Below are positions 56,485 to 64,000 of a stretch of 64,000 bases of DNA, one piece after another; position 1 is the stretch's first letter; every line of letters starts with the position of its first letter. The notes beneath the pieces are model-generated. The model did no database searches, was not told the origin of the DNA, and saw nothing but the letters and a program-made list of their open reading frames with translations. The translations under genes were made by a program, and so were the position numbers. Origin of the DNA: a virus; IMG/VR virus record IMGVR_UViG_3300035670_000068, positions 1-64,000 of that record; one strand, 5' to 3'.

Positions 56485-57126
56485 TCAGCTAAAAGACCCG
56501 AACCCTGGAACGCTGCTGGGAACGCTCTCTGAGCGCGTTTCTGTCTGAGCGCTACGCTTGCGCGTAATCGACTGGAGAACGTCACTAGCGAGCGTTTTGC
56601 GCGCTTCCCGACGCTGTTCCTGATCGACTTCTGCAGACTCGCGAACGTATCTGTCGCCGTTGTCCAACCAGGACAGATTGATCGACCATTCAAACTGGCT
56701 TCGCCACTCCCAGCGATTCATTTCGACCTCTGCATAGGCTTCTGCCATGTGCAGCGGCCAATTGTTGACCTTCGCCATGTGCTTGAGCGTGGGTTCCAGG
56801 AAGCCCATGCGCGCAGCGTTGCCGATATGCTTAACCCGGTGGCAGCTCGGGCAAAGGCTGATCAGCCCGGTCAGGGTCTGGACCTTTTTGTCGTCGTCGT
56901 AGTGCCAGATTTCATGGCACTCGACAGGGTGCTTCTTCCCTACCCCGCCGCAGATTTCACAGCGATGACCGGCGTAGACAAAACAGGCTTTCTTGAGCAG
57001 ACCCCACTGACTCTCTGTGATCCTGGCCCGCACGTTGTCGAACCACTGACCGAACGGGACCAGCTCGATGGTCAGCCTGGGCGGATCGAAGGGTTCGAAT
57101 GGGTTTTCAGCGATCATATTTGTCAT
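56485..57126 (-). CDS. HNH-type nuclease with C-terminal FGSFS
   Basis: CEICG..CHEIW..LCPSCH.VKH. Confidence 0.8.
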   Translation of the reverse strand: MTNMIAENPFEPFDPPRLTIELVPFGQWFDNVRARITESQWGLLKKACFVYAGHRCEICGGVGKKHPVECHEIWHYDDDKKVQTLTGLISLCPSCHRVKHIGNAARMGFLEPTLKHMAKVNNWPLHMAEAYAEVEMNRWEWRSQFEWSINLSWLDNGDRYVRESAEVDQEQRREARKTLASDVLQSITRKRSAQTETRSESVPSSVPGFGSFS

Positions 57127-57376
57127 ACCAGCTCTTGTTGCAGAAGCCGCCGATGTGACCCTCTTCGTTCATTCGAGGGATGATTCCACCTGCAGGGTTG
57201 CCGACGTACTGACAGCCCGTCTTTGCGTCGGTGAACAGCATCAGACCACTGCGGCCGTTCTCCGGGTCAGTGTCGTCTTTGTCCTTGAAGTAGCCATGAA
57301 GGCTGGAAACTACGATGGCGATGATCACCAGCCTGATCAGGTCTTTCTTCACCTGTTTGTAGACTTCCATAGCCAC
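57107..57376 (-). CDS. Small membrane-anchored protein (DUF6440-like)
   Basis: TM segment then TD..TGCQY..GGI.PR. Confidence 0.65.
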   Translation of the reverse strand: MAMEVYKQVKKDLIRLVIIAIVVSSLHGYFKDKDDTDPENGRSGLMLFTDAKTGCQYVGNPAGGIIPRMNEEGHIGGFCNKSWYDKYDR

Positions 57377-57379
57377 CTC

Positions 57380-57616
57380 TTACGACCAGGAGCCTACAAC
57401 TTCGGATTCGGTCTTCACGGCCTCTTCCTCTGCTGGCTTGTCTTCGATCAGAGCCAGCACATGCACCCGCCCGGCGATGTAATGCCAGTCGTGCTTGTAG
57501 CCGGTTCGCTTGGTTTCGGCAGCACAGTAGTCTTCTGCCTCCTGCTTGGACATGGCGAAGAGACCCATGCTCTTGCCCCGATCAAACACTTCCTGGTCAC
57601 ACTTTTCGGTACTCAT
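57380..57616 (-). CDS. Small protein with C-terminal VGSWS
   Basis: DWHYIAGR; tag. Confidence 0.6.
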   Translation of the reverse strand: MSTEKCDQEVFDRGKSMGLFAMSKQEAEDYCAAETKRTGYKHDWHYIAGRVHVLALIEDKPAEEEAVKTESEVVGSWS

Positions 57617-57673
57617 TTCTGTTCTCCAAATGCCATGAAGCCTGCTTTCGCAGGCTTCGGGCTCTTCCGTTGA

Positions 57674-58441
57674 TTAGGCGGACAGCATCGGCAGCAGCAG
57701 ACTGTCCGGGTTGGCGACGAGCTTCCCACCGTCCTTGCGGGCGAGCTCCAGGACTTGCAGCACCTTCATCAGCTGGGTGCATTGCGAGTTGGCAGTGCCG
57801 ACGCTGTACGGGCGAGCGATGTAGGCGTCACGCAGAGCCTTCGATGTGATCTCGCCTTGCTTGACGAGAATGTCCACCGCGATCTTGGTGTAGTTCGACA
57901 GCGAGGCGCCGTTGCTCAGGTGGGCGTAGAAGTTCACGACCTTCTCCTGAATCTTGATCGGCAGCGCATCGATCTCACCGAGCTTGGCGTCGATGACGGC
58001 TTTCAGATCGTCAGCCGGCAGCTCAGCGTTCTGCATCGTCAGAGCCAGGTAGTCGTTGAGCTTCGCGCCCAGCGCTTTCGACAGCGCTTCGGACTTCTTC
58101 ACACCGGCGACGGTGATGCGCTTGGTGGACGGAGCAGTGCGCTTGGGCTTGGTCGGCTCGATGCTGCCGGTAGCGATGCCTGCAGCGTCATCGACGGGCT
58201 CACCCACTTCGTCCATTTCAGCCAGCGCTTCGTTGCGGGCTTCTTCGATGCTGGCCTGGATGCCAACTTCTTCCAGCTCGTCGTCGCTCAGCTCGGCAAC
58301 GGGCTCTTCGATCACCAGTTCACCGGAGCCATCAGCTTCCAGTTCTTCGAACATGGCTTCCAGCTCGTCCAGTTGATCGAGCGGATCAACGGCAGCGGTG
58401 GTGGTAACAACTTCTTCTTGAACTTTCAGAGCAGCTTCCAT
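57674..58441 (-). CDS. Acidic protein with putative C-terminal winged-helix domain
   Basis: Very acidic N-terminal half; YSVGTANSQ..MKVL..L. Confidence 0.65.
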   Translation of the reverse strand: MEAALKVQEEVVTTTAAVDPLDQLDELEAMFEELEADGSGELVIEEPVAELSDDELEEVGIQASIEEARNEALAEMDEVGEPVDDAAGIATGSIEPTKPKRTAPSTKRITVAGVKKSEALSKALGAKLNDYLALTMQNAELPADDLKAVIDAKLGEIDALPIKIQEKVVNFYAHLSNGASLSNYTKIAVDILVKQGEITSKALRDAYIARPYSVGTANSQCTQLMKVLQVLELARKDGGKLVANPDSLLLPMLSA

Positions 58442-58566
58442 CTTGAGACACCTCGTATTGGTTTAAGCGTTCTGCGCTTCTTTTGTGTCGCGCTTCAACA
58501 GTTCAAATACTAAAGATCATCCTGCGGCTGATATATAGCGCCGAAAGGAAGCCCGTAGGATTGCCG

Positions 58567-59169
58567 TTACAACACCGGAATCAACGGATCAGATATCACC
58601 AAGTTAGTGCCATCAGTCATGAAGTTAGCCGGATTCTGCAGGTCAAGAAGAACATCGTGGTCGCTCTTCTCGATGTAGTCGGATATCGCCAACAATGCCC
58701 AGGACACCGATGCCGAAAACATCCTTGAAGCCGTCAGGTCTTTCAGCGCTCTCGCATGGGAAAACTTGCCCAACTCCGGCTTCTCTCCAAGCTCGCGCGC
58801 TGCAAGCCTGAAATCAACTGCGCTGGCTACGGCTTTACTCTCCAGAACCATAGTTTCATTTTCCCACTTATCCAGCGGGCGCAACTTGACCACTTCCAGC
58901 AGAGATATTTGACCGTAGTCCTGGCAGTTGAAACTTCCGTAGTCGTTCACCAACTTGGGAACACCTGGCACTCCAGACTTCAAACGAACAAAGTCTGGAT
59001 ATACCGGGTCGCAAGTTAGTTTGAGAACCGTATTGTCGGTGCATTCGTAGACGATTGAATAACAGCCGCGACCGACAATTTTCTTGCCGGTCAGAACTGG
59101 AAACTTCTCAATAATCAAATCCCGGTCTGGGTCGAATGACTCAGTGCCGGATTCACCGAATGCCATCAT
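58567..59169 (-). CDS. Protein-kinase-like fold protein
   Basis: VGRGCYSIVY, VLKLT, DL..ANFM, LVISDP; lower GC than neighbours. Confidence 0.65.
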   Translation of the reverse strand: MMAFGESGTESFDPDRDLIIEKFPVLTGKKIVGRGCYSIVYECTDNTVLKLTCDPVYPDFVRLKSGVPGVPKLVNDYGSFNCQDYGQISLLEVVKLRPLDKWENETMVLESKAVASAVDFRLAARELGEKPELGKFSHARALKDLTASRMFSASVSWALLAISDYIEKSDHDVLLDLQNPANFMTDGTNLVISDPLIPVL

Positions 59170-59660
59170 TACGACCAGCCCCCGATATTGATGCCTTTCG
59201 CGCTCGCTGCTTCCAGGAGCTCTTCGTCAACATCGATGGCCAGCTCCTTCATCACCGGCGCCAGCTCGTTGCCCTCTTCAACCAGCACCATTTCCCCGTC
59301 CTCGTCTTCGTCGAGGTAGGAGCCTGTGTATTTCAGGAGAACGTCTTCATAGGCAGCCATCGCTGCAGACTTGGTGCGGAAGGTTTCGGTGGCGCCGTGA
59401 TCGATCACCCAGCCCTTGTCTTCCAGGACACTCTCTTCCTCCCACTCGCTCTTGCGAACCTGGAGGCGGGTGCGAACGAAGATGCCGTGCGAATGCCGGT
59501 ATTCGGCGGGGAGCTTCTTGTCGTAGCGACCGATCCACTCAACCGCGATCCAGATGCGGTCGTTGCGGAACTCTTTGATGATCCAGTCCTTGCAGTGGCT
59601 CTTTTCCTCCCACTGCTTCTTCGACAGGCCTTTGCCGTCAATGTCCTGGTAGATGAACAT
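59169..59660 (-). CDS. Acidic protein with C-terminal IGGWS
   Basis: SD AGGAG; operator at 59677. Confidence 0.65.
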   Translation of the reverse strand: MFIYQDIDGKGLSKKQWEEKSHCKDWIIKEFRNDRIWIAVEWIGRYDKKLPAEYRHSHGIFVRTRLQVRKSEWEEESVLEDKGWVIDHGATETFRTKSAAMAAYEDVLLKYTGSYLDEDEDGEMVLVEEGNELAPVMKELAIDVDEELLEAASAKGINIGGWS

Positions 59661-59837
59661 GATGTTTTAGCTCCTGTAACTAACGGTTTAGTTAGCCATC
59701 CTCTCAAAAAAACGGGCCATATTTCATGCCCGCAAGAGAGATCAAAAATCAGCTAAAACACACGGAAGACGATATTTCCGCGTGTTTCAGTATGTCAATT
59801 TACCGCTAAATATTCAACATCCTCCTGAATTGTGGTT

Positions 59838-60416
59838 CTAAATGCCAACAAATTGACAGGGCTTGTCGAACATGCCGAACTCGATGCCGTTCCAGTAGGC
59901 TTTTTCAAGCACCTCAACGTCGTAATCGGCGGCGTGAGCAGCATCCGGGTCGTAATCAACGCCAGTTGCCCAGCAAAGCTCTCTCAGGTTCGGAACCTTA
60001 CCGAACCCGGTAGATGGTCGGCCTTTCAGCATCGTATCGAACACCTTGATCGGCGGCACTCGATAGCCCAAACGAATCAACTCCAGGGCGATGAAGGGTG
60101 CGTCAAAACCTTCGCCATTATGGGCGACAAAAATCTGACACATGGACATGATCTTGTGGACCTTCGGGGCAACATCCTCCCAAACCGGGCAGCCACGCAG
60201 GTCAGTGATCGAAATCCCATGCACTGCTTGAGCGCCTGGATCGATATCACGCATGGGGTTGATACGCTGATTCCAGGTCGAGCCGACCTTGCGCTTATCG
60301 CCCGTCGCCGGGTCGTATTTCCAGACACCGAAAGCTACTTCGATGATGCGGTGGCCGGACTCCTGGCTCAAGCCAGTGGTCTCGATATCGCCAACGCAGA
60401 TGTTGATGGTGCTCAT
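59838..60416 (-). CDS. DEDDh 3'-5' exonuclease (DnaQ-like)
   Basis: DIETTG, AHN..FD, HAADYD. Confidence 0.9.
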   Translation of the reverse strand: MSTINICVGDIETTGLSQESGHRIIEVAFGVWKYDPATGDKRKVGSTWNQRINPMRDIDPGAQAVHGISITDLRGCPVWEDVAPKVHKIMSMCQIFVAHNGEGFDAPFIALELIRLGYRVPPIKVFDTMLKGRPSTGFGKVPNLRELCWATGVDYDPDAAHAADYDVEVLEKAYWNGIEFGMFDKPCQFVGI

Positions 60417-60865
60417 ACCAGCTCCGTAAAGCCGCGCTTTGTCAGTCCTTCTGCCAGCTCGTTGAAGTGCTGGCAGGCCCATTTGTACTCGTCATCTGCC
60501 GAGTCGTTCTTGATTTCCTTCGTGGCCACGCGAACATCAGGCTGACGAACGATCGCAGTCATCAGCACTCGGCCAGACTCGCGATCCAGCTTGAGGATCA
60601 CGATGCGCTCAGCGGTGTAGAAGGCACGAACATCGCCGGCATCGATGTGCGACAAGCTCATGCGGCGCTCAGACGCCCACCTGCTGTACTCGTCTGGAAT
60701 CAGGCCAAGAAGAGCCATATCCAGGGCGATCAAAGCATTGAAGAAGGCGTTGTCGCTCAAGCACCCGCGCTTGTACTGGTTATCGAGCCAGGAATAGGCC
60801 TCACCAGCTTTGCGAGTAAGCTCTTCGGACAAGCTGAAATCTTCTGCCTGCATGACCATGATCAC
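60413..60865 (-). CDS. Hypothetical protein
   Basis: GTGA-coupled start chosen. Confidence 0.6.
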   Translation of the reverse strand: MIMVMQAEDFSLSEELTRKAGEAYSWLDNQYKRGCLSDNAFFNALIALDMALLGLIPDEYSRWASERRMSLSHIDAGDVRAFYTAERIVILKLDRESGRVLMTAIVRQPDVRVATKEIKNDSADDEYKWACQHFNELAEGLTKRGFTELV

Positions 60866-61014
60866 GCACTCGCCAGCCGACGCTTCTGACGAATCCGGCT
60901 GCACTTCGAATGGTTAGTGGTGGCGTTACGGTGCCTGCCGCAAACGTCGCAGTAGGAATTGCACGCCTTCACGATGCTGCGCATACGCAGCGGGACAACC
61001 TTGAACTCTTGCAT
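60862..61014 (-). CDS. 50-aa Zn-finger-like protein (not in ORF track)
   Basis: CDVCGRHR..NHSKCSRIRQ; operator at 61023. Confidence 0.55.
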   Translation of the reverse strand: MQEFKVVPLRMRSIVKACNSYCDVCGRHRNATTNHSKCSRIRQKRRLASA

Positions 61015-61075
61015 ATTGGAACTCACTCACTCGTTACTGATTTATTATGACAGCGCTACGACGGCAGGGGTTGGG

Positions 61076-61432
61076 TCACAGCCCTGCCCTCTCTTCTGCT
61101 GCCAGGAGAGCGTCACGACGCTTCGAGAAGCCGATGCAGGCGACGTTCTTGCCGCACGGCTCGCCCGTTGGGTAAACAGCCACGCTATCCGGGTCATCGA
61201 CAGCCTGAGCGTTCTTGATCATCCAGTCGGGCAGACAGGAAATGCTCGGGCTCTGCTGGTTCTCGTCATAGACCCAGCAAGTGACCTGGCGAACCTTGTC
61301 GTGGCGCACACTGACGTAAGGGAACGGCTCGTTGATCGACTTGTGGCGAGCTTCACGAAGGCGCTCAGCGTCAGTTTGAGGCTTGCAGCCGGCGATAATC
61401 AGAGCAGCGGCGATCAGGATCAGGCGCTTCAT
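61076..61432 (-). CDS. Putative lipoprotein
   Basis: Lipobox IAGC; HD..RQVTCW..ISCLP. Confidence 0.7.
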   Translation of the reverse strand: MKRLILIAAALIIAGCKPQTDAERLREARHKSINEPFPYVSVRHDKVRQVTCWVYDENQQSPSISCLPDWMIKNAQAVDDPDSVAVYPTGEPCGKNVACIGFSKRRDALLAAEERAGL

Positions 61433-61824
61433 GAGAACATTCCTATGCCGAGCTTCTCGGCGTTCTGAGCGATTTCCAGTCGAACAGCTTCGACCAGGCG
61501 CTCCAGGGTTTGACGATCCAGAGCCAGGTCTTTGCCGACTCGCTTCATGACCGCGATGAACTGGCCCTGCATAGCGTCACTGGACGCCAGCAGCGCTTCG
61601 CGAACCATGCTCTCGATCATGGCCTCGTCGGAGATCACCTTTTCGAGAGCTCGACTCACCGCAGCCTTGATCACCAGCTCGTTGCCGGTGATCACCTGGT
61701 CGACCATTCGATTGACCTGAACCTTGATCTGAGAACCGCTGCCGAGCATGGCGTCGCGGATTGCCTGGTGAGCAGCAGCCTCAACTGTGCTCTGCAGGCC
61801 GGTGATGGTCAGAGAATCAGTCAT
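61429..61824 (-). CDS. Helical protein with C-terminal IGMFS
   Basis: Coupled ORF; tag-like end. Confidence 0.6.
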   Translation of the reverse strand: MTDSLTITGLQSTVEAAAHQAIRDAMLGSGSQIKVQVNRMVDQVITGNELVIKAAVSRALEKVISDEAMIESMVREALLASSDAMQGQFIAVMKRVGKDLALDRQTLERLVEAVRLEIAQNAEKLGIGMFS

Positions 61825-62086
61825 CAGCCCTGATCTCCAACTTGCCCCCGTTCTTCTCCATGCTCGACTTCGCGGCGAGGATCATGCAAACGTCCTCTTC
61901 GGTCTGGCTGTAGCCTGCAGCGCACTTCGCAGCCATCGGATCGATGCCAGCTTCGATTGCGCGGTTGATGGTGTTCAGCTCAGCTTCGGTTTCCTGGGAC
62001 TTACAGGAAGCGATCTGACCCACAGCGATAGAGAGGGAGATAACGGCCGCGACACCGAATATCGTCCAGCCTTTCGTTTCGTCCAT
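61817..62086 (-). CDS. Membrane-anchored protein
   Basis: TM segment; G.DPMAAKCA. Confidence 0.6.
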   Translation of the reverse strand: MDETKGWTIFGVAAVISLSIAVGQIASCKSQETEAELNTINRAIEAGIDPMAAKCAAGYSQTEEDVCMILAAKSSMEKNGGKLEIRADD

Positions 62087-62087
62087 T

Positions 62088-62306
62088 TCAGATGCCTTTA
62101 CGGGTGTTGATGATTGCGCGGGCTTCGGTGCGATAGAAGCCGGCCGGGAGTTCGCGGATCAGGTCTTCCAGCTCGTCGTCAGGCTTGTCTGCCAGGTTCG
62201 CGACGATGGGCTCCAGGAGATCATCCTGAGCCGCATTGAGTTGGCTGATCAGCAGCTCGATCTTGCGAGCTTGATCGAGGCGCAGTTTGCGTTCTTGCAG
62301 TTCCAT
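62088..62306 (-). CDS. Hypothetical protein
   Basis: Coupled ORF. Confidence 0.55.
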   Translation of the reverse strand: MELQERKLRLDQARKIELLISQLNAAQDDLLEPIVANLADKPDDELEDLIRELPAGFYRTEARAIINTRKGI

Positions 62307-62608
62307 CAGATCACCGCCGTCATTGTCTTGGAGCCATCGCCGCTCTCGGTGGTGATCATCATCGGAGCTGCGCGACCGCCACGACGCAGGAAGGTGACGC
62401 AGCCGGCGAACATCTTGTTGTGATTGCCATCGCCATCCGGCACCAGGGAGGTGCAGAGCAGGTTGGAGCAGTCCTCGCCGTTCGGGCCTTCGCCATCGTG
62501 AGCAATGTCGAAGCTGGCCATCATGGCGATGCCGTTCTCCTGGCAGATTTCGATGATCTGACGCATCAGCGGGCTGATTTGGGCGTCGTAGATTTGTTCC
62601 TTGTTCAT
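62306..62608 (-). CDS. Conserved-type phage hypothetical protein
   Basis: KEQIYD.QISPLM.QII.IC..GI.M.ASF. Confidence 0.65.
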   Translation of the reverse strand: MNKEQIYDAQISPLMRQIIEICQENGIAMMASFDIAHDGEGPNGEDCSNLLCTSLVPDGDGNHNKMFAGCVTFLRRGGRAAPMMITTESGDGSKTMTAVI

Positions 62609-63309
62609 GCTACTTTGACCTCGATGGGCGCCAGGTCAGCGAGGAAGCTGCGGACCTGTTCGGCGTTGACGTTGGACGGGAGAGTGGCTGGTTGATGCTT
62701 GCCGACGACTTCCAGGATCAAACCCTTGATCTCCGGCAGCTTCTCGATCAGCGACTCGACGTTGTGCGTGGACTTCACGACTTCATGAACGCCACGCAGC
62801 GCATCGAAGCTGGCCGGAGCTTTCGAGAATTTTTCGAAGACCTGGGAGCGGAAGTGAGCTGCGATCTTGGCCAGGTTCTCGCTGCCCTGCAGGCGAACAG
62901 CAACGTCTGCCATCAGATCGGCCGGGTACTTGATATCGTCGGTCTCGAAATTGACCAACACGGTATGGAGAGTGCAGTCGCTCCAGAAAACACCCAGGTG
63001 CTCACCCAGGAAGCGCCAGTCGCCACTGCCGAAGCTCTGGTGCATATCGCGGAACGAGTCGTTGCCGCCGATGAAGGCGTCATCGAGGTTCAGGTGAGTG
63101 AGTGCTTTGACCAGACCGGCTTTGTGCAGAGTCTGCCAGCTGTTGTGAAGCTCGCCGTGACCGTACAGCTCCTGGTAGAAGGCTTGGGTTTGATTGCGTA
63201 CCGCCTGACGCAGAGCATCGCGGTCAATCGCTTTGAGGATCGCGCTCTTGAAGATCGCCTGCATGATCGACTTCTTCATGGCGGCGCTGAGCTTGGTCTT
63301 TGCAGACAT
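62605..63309 (-). CDS. Nmad5-like (nucleotide modification associated) protein
   Basis: N-terminal KL...MK.SI...I and C-terminal S...V.SLIE.LPE....I..LP pattern. Confidence 0.5.
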   Translation of the reverse strand: MSAKTKLSAAMKKSIMQAIFKSAILKAIDRDALRQAVRNQTQAFYQELYGHGELHNSWQTLHKAGLVKALTHLNLDDAFIGGNDSFRDMHQSFGSGDWRFLGEHLGVFWSDCTLHTVLVNFETDDIKYPADLMADVAVRLQGSENLAKIAAHFRSQVFEKFSKAPASFDALRGVHEVVKSTHNVESLIEKLPEIKGLILEVVGKHQPATLPSNVNAEQVRSFLADLAPIEVKVA

Positions 63310-63388
63310 TGGCTTACTCCTGATTGTGGTTTATGTGTAACTAACTGCTGACTGAGATTATCAGTCAGCAGTTACGGGACAGCAAGCG

Positions 63389-63955
63389 TTAAAGAGTCAA
63401 CGCCCTGATCTCTTCCACCCGCTGAGCCAGGTCAGAAGAGCGGATCGTGGAGAACTCGATGCCGTTGGCCGAGAGGATGCCGCGCAGGATAGTGTCCAGC
63501 TTATAGCTGTAACCCCAGGACAGATTCGCACGCATCTTGTCGGTGCTTCCTTCGACGAAGCACTGATTCGGCAGAACAACCAGCTTGTCGAAGAACTTGA
63601 CGTAGTTGCCCAGACAGTTGCCCAGGTAGTAGGAAAGCATGGCCTCCTGCTTCTCGGTCAGCTTGTCGTAGGTGTCAACGTCAGCCAGCGTGTAACCCAT
63701 CAGATCGATTGGGGTTCTATCAGTGATAGCGTTCTCGCCGGCGTAGCTCTGCCACTCGACACGCAGCTCGTTGAGGATCGCGTACTGGACCTCCAGGCGC
63801 TCGTCGAATGTCATGCGAACAGCCGGGTCTTTACCCAGGCGCTTGTAAACGTCGGAAGTCGAGGTCTTGCAGAAGTGGTAGCCGAGCTTGTCGGCTACCT
63901 CCTGAGCGAGAGTCGTCTTCCCGGTGCCGTGAACACCGATCAGACCGATCATCAT
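63389..63955 (-). CDS. P-loop nucleotide kinase (AAA_28/NadR-like)
   Basis: GVHGTGKTT, ITDRTPID.MGY. Confidence 0.8.
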   Translation of the reverse strand: MMIGLIGVHGTGKTTLAQEVADKLGYHFCKTSTSDVYKRLGKDPAVRMTFDERLEVQYAILNELRVEWQSYAGENAITDRTPIDLMGYTLADVDTYDKLTEKQEAMLSYYLGNCLGNYVKFFDKLVVLPNQCFVEGSTDKMRANLSWGYSYKLDTILRGILSANGIEFSTIRSSDLAQRVEEIRALTL

Positions 63956-64000
63956 GCCGAGACTTCCTCTACCAGCTTGGTGTTCTCGACGACAGCTTCC

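Larger units (their letters stand above)
61..63355. promoter_or_regulatory. About 23 dispersed 18-bp quasi-palindromic operators, consensus TAACTAAC-NN-GTTAGT[TG]A
   Basis: Starts at 61, 730, 6138, 14382, 18982, 20722, 22767, 23703, 26297, 28371, 31802, 32594, 34450, 37704, 41336, 43463, 47975, 51013, 53229, 56462, 59677, 61023, 63338; essentially all at gene boundaries. Confidence 0.85.
1..64000. mobile_element. Segment of a large temperate siphovirus, likely an SSU5/pHCM2-like phage-plasmid
   Basis: Complete head/tail module, ParB-ABC-GNAT-terminase locus, helicase, tRNAs and dozens of small phage-type ORFs; no host housekeeping genes. Family assignment is inferred from gene order. Confidence 0.8.

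Overview
The whole window is part of a large temperate siphovirus genome. Its gene order resembles SSU5/pHCM2-type phage-plasmids, and the host is probably Pseudomonas (inferred from GC content and an Acb2 homolog). No integrase, replication initiator or lysis gene is visible here. 0.1-28.3 kb (minus strand) is the virion module: tail fibre, tail tip, TMP, tail tube, head-tail genes, capsid, scaffold, portal, TerL and TerS. 28.8-32.6 kb is a ParB/ParB/ABC-ATPase/Mom-like GNAT locus next to terminase. 32.6-38 kb holds an SF2 helicase, SLOG-like and TerB-like genes, four tRNAs, a candidate structured ncRNA, an HslV-like protease, acb2 and a glutaredoxin. 38-64 kb holds many small early genes (ArdB, a Phd-VapC pair, HNH, kinase-like, DnaQ, Nmad5-like, nucleotide kinase). 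Five observations stand out. (1) A 1,067-bp island (41022-42088) has no GG or CC dinucleotide and encodes two Gly/Pro/Trp-free proteins. A neighbouring gene lacks CC on its template strand only, and the flank carries 21 CCGTGG/CCACGG sites. (2) An A_AAA_AAG slippery site plus hairpin at the end of tail-tip protein J would join J to the first of three paralogous J C-terminal modules. (3) About 11 mostly unrelated early proteins share a C-terminal [F/Y/aliphatic]-G-x-[W/F]-[S/A/G] tag. (4) About 23 copies of an 18-bp palindromic operator are spread through the window. (5) A ~440-nt structured RNA candidate follows the tRNAs. All family calls are by eye from motifs; no searches were run.
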